Below, piece after piece: positions 22,761-30,964 of a stretch of DNA of 32,000 nt. How positions within the stretch are numbered: the stretch's first letter is position 1; each line of letters opens with the position of its first letter. Position numbers and translations under genes: made by a program. The stretch is from assembly GCA_022646745.1 (NCBI GenBank), contig CP060262.1, forward strand, positions 660,001 to 692,000, in the 5' to 3' direction. Below the pieces are notes generated by a model that worked only from the letters and a program-made list of their open reading frames with translations, had not been told where the DNA came from and made no database searches. The stretch comes from Planctomycetales bacterium (GTDB taxonomy: Bacteria; 4484-113; JAFGCY01).

Positions 22761-23759
22761 TCATTCTGATTCTGTTTCTGCTGCTGCGCCTGCTTCCAGC
22801 TCATCCGCATGCGCATCCAGCTGCCCGGCAATCGTTGACAATCCGAACAGTTCATCAACCCTGAGCGGGATGCACAGTCTTGGCAACTGATCGAGCGGCA
22901 GCTCCCCCGCCATCAGCACCATGTCCCCGCCGCCGGCTCCCGTCGGCTTGCAGCGCCCGCCATGCCGCCGCGCCCAGGCGTCAAGCTGGGTATGCACCGG
23001 CATGAAGTAGCTGATCCCGGCGCTCTTGCTGATTTCCTTCATCACCGCATTGTGCGCGTCAATCAGGCCGAACAGCTCGCGCTCGCCTTCCTGGAACCAG
23101 GCCCGTCCGAGGTACTCACTGGCTTCCATCAGCTCACGGATCATCGCCGGGGCCTCCGGGTCATTGCCCGCCCAGAACTCATACTTGCCAACGAACTCGC
23201 GGCTGTCCGCCGGGATCCCGCTCCACAGCAGGTTGAGCGGTACGGTGTCAGTGCCGCGCTTCATCAGCTCCACGCTGACACCCTTGCCACCGCGAAACAG
23301 GATCGGCCGGCCGAGTGCCGCGACGGCGCAGTCCGCCCCGCTGCCCCGGCCATCCTGTACACGGCCATGCAGGGTCAGCACGTCCTCAAGGAAGGCTGCC
23401 TCGTTGCCACTGATGCGCTGGCCAGCGCACAGCAGGCGCAGGCCCAGCACCCCGGCCGCTTCCGCGCTGGAGGAACCGATGCCGAGCTTCAGCATCCGCC
23501 CCTGCGGGTCCGCAGCATCAAAGGCCGTGCGGTCGATCGCGACATGCGGCACGCCATGCTCGCGCTCGTGGTGCTCCGTGGCATTCATGAAGTACTGCCG
23601 GCCCTTGTCAACCACCGGCGGGTAGTCGCCATCAGGCTGCGTTGCCAGCTGTTCCAGCACCATGTAGCGCGGCAGGGGCACCAGGGCCGCCAGCCCGCCA
23701 CTGAGCACGCCGTACTCCCCGCTGAGCATCACCTTGCCGGGGACCGTGAGCCGCATCAT
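22761..23759 (-). CDS. mvaK2: phosphomevalonate kinase (GHMP family)
   Basis: VPGKVMLSGEYGVL (the ERG8/PMK-type GEY motif), GHMP motif 2 KLGIGSSSAEAAG and motif 3 KPTGAGGGDMVL. ATGA overlap with mvaD (23756-23759). Confidence 0.8.
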   Translation of the reverse strand: MMRLTVPGKVMLSGEYGVLSGGLAALVPLPRYMVLEQLATQPDGDYPPVVDKGRQYFMNATEHHEREHGVPHVAIDRTAFDAADPQGRMLKLGIGSSSAEAAGVLGLRLLCAGQRISGNEAAFLEDVLTLHGRVQDGRGSGADCAVAALGRPILFRGGKGVSVELMKRGTDTVPLNLLWSGIPADSREFVGKYEFWAGNDPEAPAMIRELMEASEYLGRAWFQEGERELFGLIDAHNAVMKEISKSAGISYFMPVHTQLDAWARRHGGRCKPTGAGGGDMVLMAGELPLDQLPRLCIPLRVDELFGLSTIAGQLDAHADELEAGAAAETESE

Positions 23760-24724
23760 TGCATCGCGACCAGCACTGCCGCGCCACCCGGGCGGTTGGC
23801 AATCGCCTTCACTACGCTCGGCACCGCCTGCATCCTCTTCGTCACCTCGTCCAGGTCGTCAATGTGGCAAAGCACCGCCACATGCGAACCGGCATCCACG
23901 GTGTAGTAGGCCTTCAGGCCCTCATTTCGCCAGGCCACCACGCTGTGCATGATGTCCATCGTGCCGGCCTGCCAGTACATCAGCGTCGGTCGCGTTGCCA
24001 GCATGCAGGCGTGCATCGCATTGCTGTTCTCCTCGGCGATTTCGCCGACCTCCGCCAGGTCCCAGCCGCGCAGCGCATGCAGCATGTAGCGGTAGTCATG
24101 CCGCGCCTGCAGCACCCAGCGCCGGTAGTAGGGCGAGGTCTGTTCGGACAGCTTCATCCCTTCGCGGGAGCTGTACTGCTTCGGCTCGCTGTCAACCACG
24201 CCGACCACCATCCCCCAGGGCACATCGGAGGCCGGTACCAGCAGCCGTGCCGCCGGGTCGTCGCCATTGGACAGGCTGGACAGGCCGCCGGTGATGCTGC
24301 GCGCCGCCGATCCACTGCCGCGCCGTGCGAGCTTCGTCAGCAGGGTCTGGGTGATGCGCACTTCGCTCAGTTCATTGAGCGCCGTTGCCAGTGCGGCGAA
24401 TGCACTGGAGCTGGAGGCCAGGCCGCTGGACATCGGGAAGCTGTTTTCACTCTCGATGCGCACGCGGCCCTCGATCAGCTTCTCCGTGCGCCAGATGTCG
24501 AGGTAGCGCACCACACGCTCACGCTCGATGCCCGTTGCAACCTTTCCGTTGATCACCACCGCGTCATCGGCGGCGTCAATCATCTCGGCGGTGGTGATTG
24601 TCGTCAGTGAATCCAGCGCCAGCGAAATGCTCGGCGTGGCGGGGGTGTCAAGCGGACCGCTCTTGCCCCAGTACTTGCACAGCGCGATGTTGGCATGCGC
24701 ACGTGCCCGGACCTTCCTGCTCAT
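23756..24724 (-). CDS. mvaD: diphosphomevalonate decarboxylase
   Basis: AHANIALCKYWGKSGPLDTPATPSISLAL and MSSGLASSSSAFAALA are typical of MVD. ATGA overlap with the upstream fusion gene (24721-24724). Confidence 0.9.
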   Translation of the reverse strand: MSRKVRARAHANIALCKYWGKSGPLDTPATPSISLALDSLTTITTAEMIDAADDAVVINGKVATGIERERVVRYLDIWRTEKLIEGRVRIESENSFPMSSGLASSSSAFAALATALNELSEVRITQTLLTKLARRGSGSAARSITGGLSSLSNGDDPAARLLVPASDVPWGMVVGVVDSEPKQYSSREGMKLSEQTSPYYRRWVLQARHDYRYMLHALRGWDLAEVGEIAEENSNAMHACMLATRPTLMYWQAGTMDIMHSVVAWRNEGLKAYYTVDAGSHVAVLCHIDDLDEVTKRMQAVPSVVKAIANRPGGAAVLVAMQ

Positions 24725-27018
24725 GAGCCGCTTCCCAGCTCAAAGGGCAGCACCAGCGGGAACTTGCCCGCCAGTTCCTGCATCATCGAATATCTCTTCT
24801 CCGGGCTGACGAGTGCGATCACCGCTCCACCACCGCCCGCGCCGGTCAGCTTGGCGCCGAAGGCTCCCATCGAGCGCAGCAGCTCGACGGCAGCGTCCAG
24901 CTTCTCCGTGCTCACGCCGAGGTCCGCCAGCAGTTCGTGGTTCTCATTCATCAGCGCGCCAACCTGCTCGAGGTTGCCACCACCGAGCGCGGCCCCGGCC
25001 AGCGCCGTGATCTCACCGATGCGGGCCATGATCTTGTCAACACGGGCCTGGTTCAGCTCGCGGCTGTGGCGCACCTGCTGCACCAGCTCAATCGTGCGAG
25101 CGCCAGGCTCCACGATGCAGATGATGCCCGTGGCCTGCACCGGCACGCGGATTGACAGCGTCTCGCGCGGTGGGCCGCTGCGGAACCACAGCACGCCGCC
25201 GTTGAGCACCGTTGCCGCGTCCATCCCGCTCGGGCTGCCGTGGTAGATGCTTTCAAGCTTCTGCACTTCCTCGAACAGCGTGTTGTCAAGCCGGCGCTGC
25301 GATTCCAGCCCGGCATAGCGCCTGAGCGCCGTGCACAGGGCCACGCTGCAGGCCGCGCTGGAACCCAGTCCCATGCCCGGCACGAGGTCGCTTTCGATCG
25401 CAATCGCGATCGGGGCCTGCTGCAGGCCGTAGCTGGCCAGCGCTTCATCCACCACCTGGCTGAACAGGCGGATGTCGAGGTCGCTCTCTGGCATCTCGAA
25501 CACTTCCGGGAACACGGGCTGCAGGAAGCGCGGCCCGGCCGGGTCAAGCTGGATGCGGCACTTCAGTTTCACGTCAATGCTGGCGGTGATGCCGGGCTGG
25601 CCCCAGACCGTGGCGTGCTCGCCGAACAGCACCACCTTGCCGGGTGCCCAGGTTTCGATCGGCATCTCGCCGGTCTGCTCATCCACCATCCGGCTGTCCT
25701 GCAGCTCACGGTGCACGCGCTCAGCCGTTGCCACCTTCACGTCGCCGAGCGCGATCATGCGCTGTGCGACTTCCTCGACATCCTGGCTCGGTACACCGAC
25801 GCTGATAGCCACCGAACGCGCATGCAGGGCCATGTGGCCCTTCTGGATGCCGTCCGTTGCCAGTGCGAGGCAGGCTGCAAAGTTCTGCCCGAGCCCGACT
25901 GCCGCCAGCAGCGATGCCAGCTCGCTGGCGTTCTCCACGCCACTCACGCGCCTGAGTACCTTCACGCCGGGATGGCTGTTGACGGCCCCGCCGACCCAGC
26001 CGACCTGCAGCGGCAGCTCGATCCGGCCGAGCAGGTCGTTGCCATCAATCTCGTATTCCGTCAGGCCGCGGTACTGCCCGCTGCGGGCCGCATGCGCATG
26101 CCCGCCAGCCTCGATCGCCCGCCAGTCCTGGCCGAGTGCGATCGCCGCGCCGTCAATTCCGTTGAATATGCCCTTGTTGTGTGTCGCCGCGCGGTAAGGG
26201 TCGATGCGCGCCATGCGGCCGGCCTCCACCATCCGCCGGGCGACCGTCTCGCCGTCCATCTCCGCCGTTGCCAGGATCTCAAACGGCAGGCGGAAGCTGG
26301 CCCGGGCCAGCCGGCGGTCAGCGTAGTTGCTGACGATGCGCAGGTTGCTGCGCCCGCCGCACAGTTCAGCAGCCAGGTTGCCGGCCGCCTCGCAGGAGTA
26401 GTTCACCGCGTTGGCACCCATCGCCTCGCGCACGTCGATCAGCAGGTGCAGCACAAGCATCCGGCTGCCGTCGCGGTCGTCAGTGATGATGCGGGTCTCG
26501 ATGTCGAAGGCCCCGCCCCCGCGCTTGACCATCCGTTCGTTCGGCCGGTTGGCAGCGGCGAGGATCCCGGCCTTGTTGTCATGCAGCAGCTTGACTGCAG
26601 CGTCGATGTCCGCGACGTCCAGCAGCTGGATCTGCCCGATCATCACCGGGTCGTCAGTTTCAGTCATGAATCCGCCGGCCTTGCGGATCATCAGCGCGGC
26701 CTTGCTGGCGGCGGCGATGATCGAGGCTTCCTCAATCGCCATCGGCACCAGGTGCTCCTTGCCATCCACGAGGAAGTTCAGTCCCAGCCCAAGCGGCAGG
26801 CCGAACACGCCGACGGCGTTCTCCACCATGTTGACGGCGTGGCGGATGCGCAGGCACTGCCCGTTGCGCAGTTCAGCAATCTGCGTGTTGGACAGGCCGA
26901 AGCTGCGCGAGAGGTAGGCCAGGCGCTGCTCCACACTCAGGCGGTAGAAGCGCGGGATGCGCGAGGTTTTCTGCTGCGGCAGCGCAAGCTGCTCAGCCTG
27001 CGGATCAAAGTCCGTCAT
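24721..27018 (-). CDS. mvaA-mvaK1: bifunctional class II HMG-CoA reductase / mevalonate kinase fusion protein
   Basis: The N-terminal half carries VENAVG, MAIEEASIIAAAS, THNKGI, NGIDGAA and GHMALHAR. The C-terminal half carries WAPGKVVLFGEHATVWG, GMGLGSSAACSVAL and KLTGAGGGGAVIALV. Start chosen at ATG 27018 (GGGGAGAA RBS; TAATG overlap with the fni stop) rather than the track start at 27042. Confidence 0.9.
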   Translation of the reverse strand: MTDFDPQAEQLALPQQKTSRIPRFYRLSVEQRLAYLSRSFGLSNTQIAELRNGQCLRIRHAVNMVENAVGVFGLPLGLGLNFLVDGKEHLVPMAIEEASIIAAASKAALMIRKAGGFMTETDDPVMIGQIQLLDVADIDAAVKLLHDNKAGILAAANRPNERMVKRGGGAFDIETRIITDDRDGSRMLVLHLLIDVREAMGANAVNYSCEAAGNLAAELCGGRSNLRIVSNYADRRLARASFRLPFEILATAEMDGETVARRMVEAGRMARIDPYRAATHNKGIFNGIDGAAIALGQDWRAIEAGGHAHAARSGQYRGLTEYEIDGNDLLGRIELPLQVGWVGGAVNSHPGVKVLRRVSGVENASELASLLAAVGLGQNFAACLALATDGIQKGHMALHARSVAISVGVPSQDVEEVAQRMIALGDVKVATAERVHRELQDSRMVDEQTGEMPIETWAPGKVVLFGEHATVWGQPGITASIDVKLKCRIQLDPAGPRFLQPVFPEVFEMPESDLDIRLFSQVVDEALASYGLQQAPIAIAIESDLVPGMGLGSSAACSVALCTALRRYAGLESQRRLDNTLFEEVQKLESIYHGSPSGMDAATVLNGGVLWFRSGPPRETLSIRVPVQATGIICIVEPGARTIELVQQVRHSRELNQARVDKIMARIGEITALAGAALGGGNLEQVGALMNENHELLADLGVSTEKLDAAVELLRSMGAFGAKLTGAGGGGAVIALVSPEKRYSMMQELAGKFPLVLPFELGSGS

Positions 27019-28100
27019 TATGTTCTCCCCTGGCCGGGCCATCCGTATGCCGCCAGCCAGTCCTTCAGTTCCCCGGTGTACACCCGGGGGACGTGCATCA
27101 GTTCATTGCAGTTTCGTGCGCCACACAGGAGCATCACGCTGCGCAGTTCCTCACCGAGCTGCTCAACCCACTGGGCGGCACCCTCGGCGCCATGGTCCAT
27201 GAACTGCAGCAGCACCGAGCGGGCGAAGCCGGCGATGTTGCCACCGGCGGCCAGCACGCGGGCCACATCCAGCCCGTCGCGGATCCCGCCGCTGCCGATC
27301 ACCGTGGCCTGTTCACCAAGCACGCTGCGTGCGGCGATGATCGAGAATGCGGTGGGCACACCCCAGTCGCCGATGCTGCGGCCCAGGCGCTGGCTGCGCT
27401 CGCTGACGGCACGCTGCTGCTCCACGCGAGTCCAGCTCGTGCCGCCGCTGCCACTCACATCGACGCAGTCCACGCCGCTGGAACGCAGCTTGATCAGGGT
27501 CTCGGGGGACAGCCCGGCGCCGGTCTCCTTGACCAGCAGGCGGCCGTCCAGCCGTTCATTGAGTTCAGTGATCTTCTCGCAGACGCCGCGGAACTCGCGG
27601 TCGCCCTCTTCCTGCACCAGCTCCTGTGCCGGATTGAGGTGCAGGCACAGCCCGTCAGCCTCTATCATCGATACCAGCGCCACAATGCGGTCCATCGGCT
27701 CATGCAGCAGCTGTGCGGCTCCGATGTTGCCCAGCAGCACTCCCTCGCCGATGATGTCGCGCACGGCGAAATCCGCCAGCAGGTGCTCATGGCGCCACAG
27801 CACACGCTGGCTGCCCACCGCGAAGGCGATGCCCTGGTCCGCAGCCAGTGCAGCCAGCCCGCGGTTCAGCTCCCCGGCATACTCCGTTCCACCGGTCATG
27901 CCGGTGATCATCAGAGGCAGCTTGAGCGGCTTGCCGAACAGGCTGGCGGTGGTGTCGATGTCGGACAGGTTCAGCTCAGGCAGGGCCTGGTGCACTAGGC
28001 GGATGTCGGACAGCAGGGTGGGCTTGCTGTGCAGCACCGAGTCCTCCCGGACCAGCCGGAGGTGCTCAGCCTTGCGCTTCTCTATTCCTGTGTCGGACAT
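27018..28100 (-). CDS. fni: isopentenyl-diphosphate delta-isomerase, type 2 (FMN-dependent)
   Basis: RKAEHL, PLMITGMTGG, VKETGAGLS and GSGGIRDGLDVARVLAAG motifs. Length is 360 aa. Confidence 0.92.
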   Translation of the reverse strand: MSDTGIEKRKAEHLRLVREDSVLHSKPTLLSDIRLVHQALPELNLSDIDTTASLFGKPLKLPLMITGMTGGTEYAGELNRGLAALAADQGIAFAVGSQRVLWRHEHLLADFAVRDIIGEGVLLGNIGAAQLLHEPMDRIVALVSMIEADGLCLHLNPAQELVQEEGDREFRGVCEKITELNERLDGRLLVKETGAGLSPETLIKLRSSGVDCVDVSGSGGTSWTRVEQQRAVSERSQRLGRSIGDWGVPTAFSIIAARSVLGEQATVIGSGGIRDGLDVARVLAAGGNIAGFARSVLLQFMDHGAEGAAQWVEQLGEELRSVMLLCGARNCNELMHVPRVYTGELKDWLAAYGWPGQGRT

Positions 28101-28279
28101 CGGGTATTAGTGCAATTCAAATACTCAAAATTTGCGAGAGGCCTGACCAGATCAGGCCAGACTATTTTAGTACCTGCCCGGCGGGACATCCTGCCGCACA
28201 GGCTGCTTAACAAACTATGATGTTTCTCGGGAGTTCCGGCTGGAAGGCAAACCGCATGCATGATTCAGCTGGACCTCAT

Positions 28280-28308
28280 TTGGCCTCATTGAGCCGCTTC
28301 GCTAGAAT
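28280..28308 (+). promoter_or_regulatory. candidate sigma70 promoter for the DAACS transporter gene
   Basis: TTGGCC (28280-28285), 17-nt spacer, TAGAAT (28303-28308). The ATG at 28354 is preceded by GGAG at 28342-28345. Confidence 0.45.
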
Positions 28309-28353
28309 GGATAACAGGCCCTGCGCCTGATCCCGGACAGCGGAGACTGACTG

Positions 28354-29649
28354 ATGCGCAAACTGCAACTGCACTGGCAGATCCTGATCGCCTTCATCTG
28401 TGCGATCATCCTCGGCTTCATCACCCGCGCCATCGGTGCCGCCAACCCGGGCCTGGCCGAGACGCTGCTGCAGGGCTACAACTTCGTCGGCACGCTGTTC
28501 ATCAATGCGCTGAAGATGCTGATCGTGCCGCTGATCTTCTTTTCGATCGGCGCCGGCGTGGCCAATACCGGCGGGCAGCACTTCGGCCGGCTGGGCGGCA
28601 AGACCCTGCTGTACTACGTCTGCACATCCGGACTGGCCGCGCTGATCGGGGTGCTGATGGTGGCCATCGTGCAGCCGGGCATCGTCAACGGCCAGCCGGC
28701 ACGCGAAATGCTCGGGCTGGACCAGCAGGAACTGGGTGCGACATTCGAGGAGCGCATCGAGGGCCGCAGTTTCGCTGACTTAAAGGACGTGTTCATTTCG
28801 ATGGTGCCGCCCAACGTGGTCAAGGCCGCGGCAGAAGGCCAGATGCTCGGCCTGATCTTCTTCTCGATCCTGCTTGGCTTCTTCAGCACGCGGCTTGAGA
28901 AGCAGCACTCGGAATTCCTGCGCACTTTCCTCGACAGCATGTTCCAGCTGATGATGCAGATCACGCACTGGGTAATGATGTTCGCCCCGCTAGGCGTGCT
29001 GGCGCTGGTTGCCAGGGTGATCGCCGAGACCGGATTTGACACCTTCATCCCGCTTGCGAAGTTCCTAACAGCTGTGTTCGGCGGCCTGCTGTTGCACATG
29101 TTCGTGCTGATGCCTCTGGTGCTGGTCTTCGTGGCCCGCGTGAATCCAATCAGGCACTACCAGGCGATGGCGCCGGCGATGCTGACAGCGTTCTCCACCT
29201 CCAGCTCGGCGGCCACGCTGCCGGTGACGATGGACTGCGTGGAGAACCGCGCCGGTATCTCCAACCGCGTGACCAGCTTCGTTTTGCCAATGGGGGCGAC
29301 GGTCAATATGGACGGCACGGCGCTGTTCGAAGTGGTGGCCGTGTTGTTCCTCGTGCAGGCCTACGGTGAGCCGCTGACCTTCGTGACGATGATCAGCGTT
29401 GCCATCCTCGCGCTGGTGACGAGCATCGGCGTGGCGGCTGTGCCGTCGGCCAGCCTGGTGGCGATCGTGCTGATCCTCGGCAACTTCGGCATCCCGGCCT
29501 CGGCCGCGGCCCTGATCCTCGCGATCGACCGCCTGCCGGACATGACCCGCACGGTGAACAACATCTTCGGCGACAGCGTGGGAGCGGTGGTTATTGCGAA
29601 GAGCGAGGGGGAGGACATCTACGGCAGTGGGAGCAGTGCCCCCGCTTAG
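28354..29649 (+). CDS. dicarboxylate/amino acid:cation symporter (DAACS/GltP family)
   Basis: Multi-TM protein with the family motifs FSTSSSAATLPVT and GATVNMDGTALFE, plus DRLPDMTRTVNN. Substrate is not assignable. Confidence 0.9.
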   Translation: MRKLQLHWQILIAFICAIILGFITRAIGAANPGLAETLLQGYNFVGTLFINALKMLIVPLIFFSIGAGVANTGGQHFGRLGGKTLLYYVCTSGLAALIGVLMVAIVQPGIVNGQPAREMLGLDQQELGATFEERIEGRSFADLKDVFISMVPPNVVKAAAEGQMLGLIFFSILLGFFSTRLEKQHSEFLRTFLDSMFQLMMQITHWVMMFAPLGVLALVARVIAETGFDTFIPLAKFLTAVFGGLLLHMFVLMPLVLVFVARVNPIRHYQAMAPAMLTAFSTSSSAATLPVTMDCVENRAGISNRVTSFVLPMGATVNMDGTALFEVVAVLFLVQAYGEPLTFVTMISVAILALVTSIGVAAVPSASLVAIVLILGNFGIPASAAALILAIDRLPDMTRTVNNIFGDSVGAVVIAKSEGEDIYGSGSSAPA

Positions 29650-29730
29650 CTTGGAGTTTGGAGTGAGGAGGCTGGAGCGGAGGCCAGACGTCAGTCTGAC
29701 AACTGGAGCTGCGGCGCAAGTCGAACATCT

Positions 29731-29751
29731 GGTTTCGGGTTTCGGGTTTCT
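29731..29751. repeat. tandem heptamer repeat (GGTTTCG)x3
   Basis: GGTTTCG GGTTTCG GGTTTCT. Complementary CGAAAC words occur at 29871-29876 and 29883-29888. Confidence 0.8.
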
Positions 29752-29996
29752 GCACAACGGGATGCACTGCGCAGATGCGCCGACGTGTGAAAGGCATCAG
29801 CGCAGTGGTCAGCAATAAAGCTGACAACAGGGAGTGTGATCCCGCCATGGCGTCATTGTCGCACAATCCTCGAAACGCATAACGAAACACGGATCGTGGT
29901 AACGGGTAGTGGTGTCGCCCTGCGACACCAGCACGCGCGATGGCCTTTCGTGCGCAAGGCATATCGCGAGGCAGGGAGCGTTGCCAGATTACATCC

Positions 29997-30170
29997 CCTC
30001 AGCGCCTCCGTATTTCCTCAGCGCCTCTGCGCCAAAATAACCGCTACGCAAGCCACCTCGTCACCCGAGCGCATGCGAGCCTATGCAGCGCGCAGTCGCG
30101 CGGGCAGCACTGTACTCGCCAGACTGGTTTTCTTGGCGCAGAGGCGCGGAGAAAGACATGAGGCGCGGAG
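29997..30170. repeat. ~45-nt imperfect inverted repeat pair flanking an ~83-nt GC-rich core
   Basis: Left arm 29997-30042 contains the direct repeat CCTCAGCGCCTC twice. Right arm is 30126-30170. There is a 13-bp perfect core, GCGCCTCTGCGCC (30021-30033) with GGCGCAGAGGCGC (30135-30147). Confidence 0.75.
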
Positions 30171-30360
30171 AAAACTCTCTATTGCCAATCCCGTCAGCCA
30201 TGCGCACTTCACTGCATCCACTGCCAGATGCCGCAAGGCGGCACCGCTACCGATCCCTTCCTTTACTTCTTCCACTATTCGGACTATCAGAATTATTCAG
30301 ACTTCTTCAGGAAGCGCGCGGCGCTACCCCTCCAACCTCAAAACTCCCCCACTCCAAACT

Positions 30361-30386
30361 AAAAAGGGAGGCCATTGCGGCCTCCC
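30361..30386 (-). terminator. Rho-independent terminator of the atpDC transcript
   Basis: The minus strand reads GGGAGGCC-GCAAT-GGCCTCCC followed by TTTTT (30365-30361). It lies about 110 nt downstream of the atpC stop. Confidence 0.75.
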
Positions 30387-30496
30387 TCGTTGTCATTTCA
30401 GTTCAGGTTGTAGTTTGGCGGTTTGAGCTTGGAATGAATCTCTCCAAACTCCGCACTCCAAACGCCCCACTCCAGCCAGGCTAACAACCTGGCCTC

Positions 30497-30946
30497 CTAG
30501 AACATGTGCGTGCGCTTCTCGCCTTCCTTCTTCGCGGCCTCGCGGCGCACCATCGCCTTCTTCAGGGCGAAGATCGCGCGCTCGATGTCGACGTTCAGGT
30601 CGTTCTGCGAGTAGTATGCCTGCAGGCGCTCACGCGCGCGCTTCTCGGCTTCCTCAGCGCGATGCACATCGATGTCGCCCGCCTGCTCAGCGGTTTCGGC
30701 CAGCACGGTCACGCCGTCCTTGCCGATCTCCACGAAGCCGCCACCGACCGCGATGAAGCGGATGCGGTGCTCCTCCGGGTGCTCGATCATCAGCGTGCCC
30801 TGCTCAAGCCCGCTGATCAGCGGGGCATGGCCCTTCCACACGCCGAAGTAGCCGTCCAGGCCGGGGATCACGCAGCTGGTGGTCTCCCCGCTCCAGACCT
30901 CGCCGTCGGGGGTGACAACCTTCAGTGCGTACTTTGCCGTTGACAT
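30497..30946 (-). CDS. atpC: F0F1 ATP synthase subunit epsilon
   Basis: LKVVTPDGEVWSGE...VIPGLDGYFGVWKGHAPLISGL...GGGFVEI is typical of the epsilon beta-sandwich, followed by a helical C-terminal domain. It lies 18 nt downstream of atpD. Confidence 0.9.
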   Translation of the reverse strand: MSTAKYALKVVTPDGEVWSGETTSCVIPGLDGYFGVWKGHAPLISGLEQGTLMIEHPEEHRIRFIAVGGGFVEIGKDGVTVLAETAEQAGDIDVHRAEEAEKRARERLQAYYSQNDLNVDIERAIFALKKAMVRREAAKKEGEKRTHMF

Positions 30947-30964
30947 GCTTGGCTCCTATCCGAC

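Larger units (their letters stand above)
29650..30496. other. ~850-bp gene-less spacer dense in nested inverted and direct repeats (candidate structured RNA or decayed repeat element)
   Basis: No ORF here has a coding-like composition or an RBS. It contains G-rich TTGGAG-type words at the left end, their C-rich complements (CACTCCAAAC) repeated at the right end, and many internal hairpins. Details are in the findings. Confidence 0.6.

Noticed and set aside
25240-28110. A 956-aa open reading frame on the + strand spanning the whole HMGR-MVK and fni region
   Set aside because: It is exactly antisense to two genes whose products carry unmistakable enzyme motifs. Its own translation is Arg/Ala/His/Pro-rich low-complexity sequence with no recognisable domain, start context or RBS, and it runs straight across a gene junction. 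Long stop-free antisense frames are expected opposite GC3-rich genes.
29836-30426. A 196-aa + strand ORF, plus smaller ORFs on both strands, inside the long spacer
   Set aside because: The translation is Arg/Ser/Ala/Cys/His-rich with no motifs, no RBS and no GC3 skew. The ORF runs through inverted repeats and the atpC terminator. I treat the region as non-coding.
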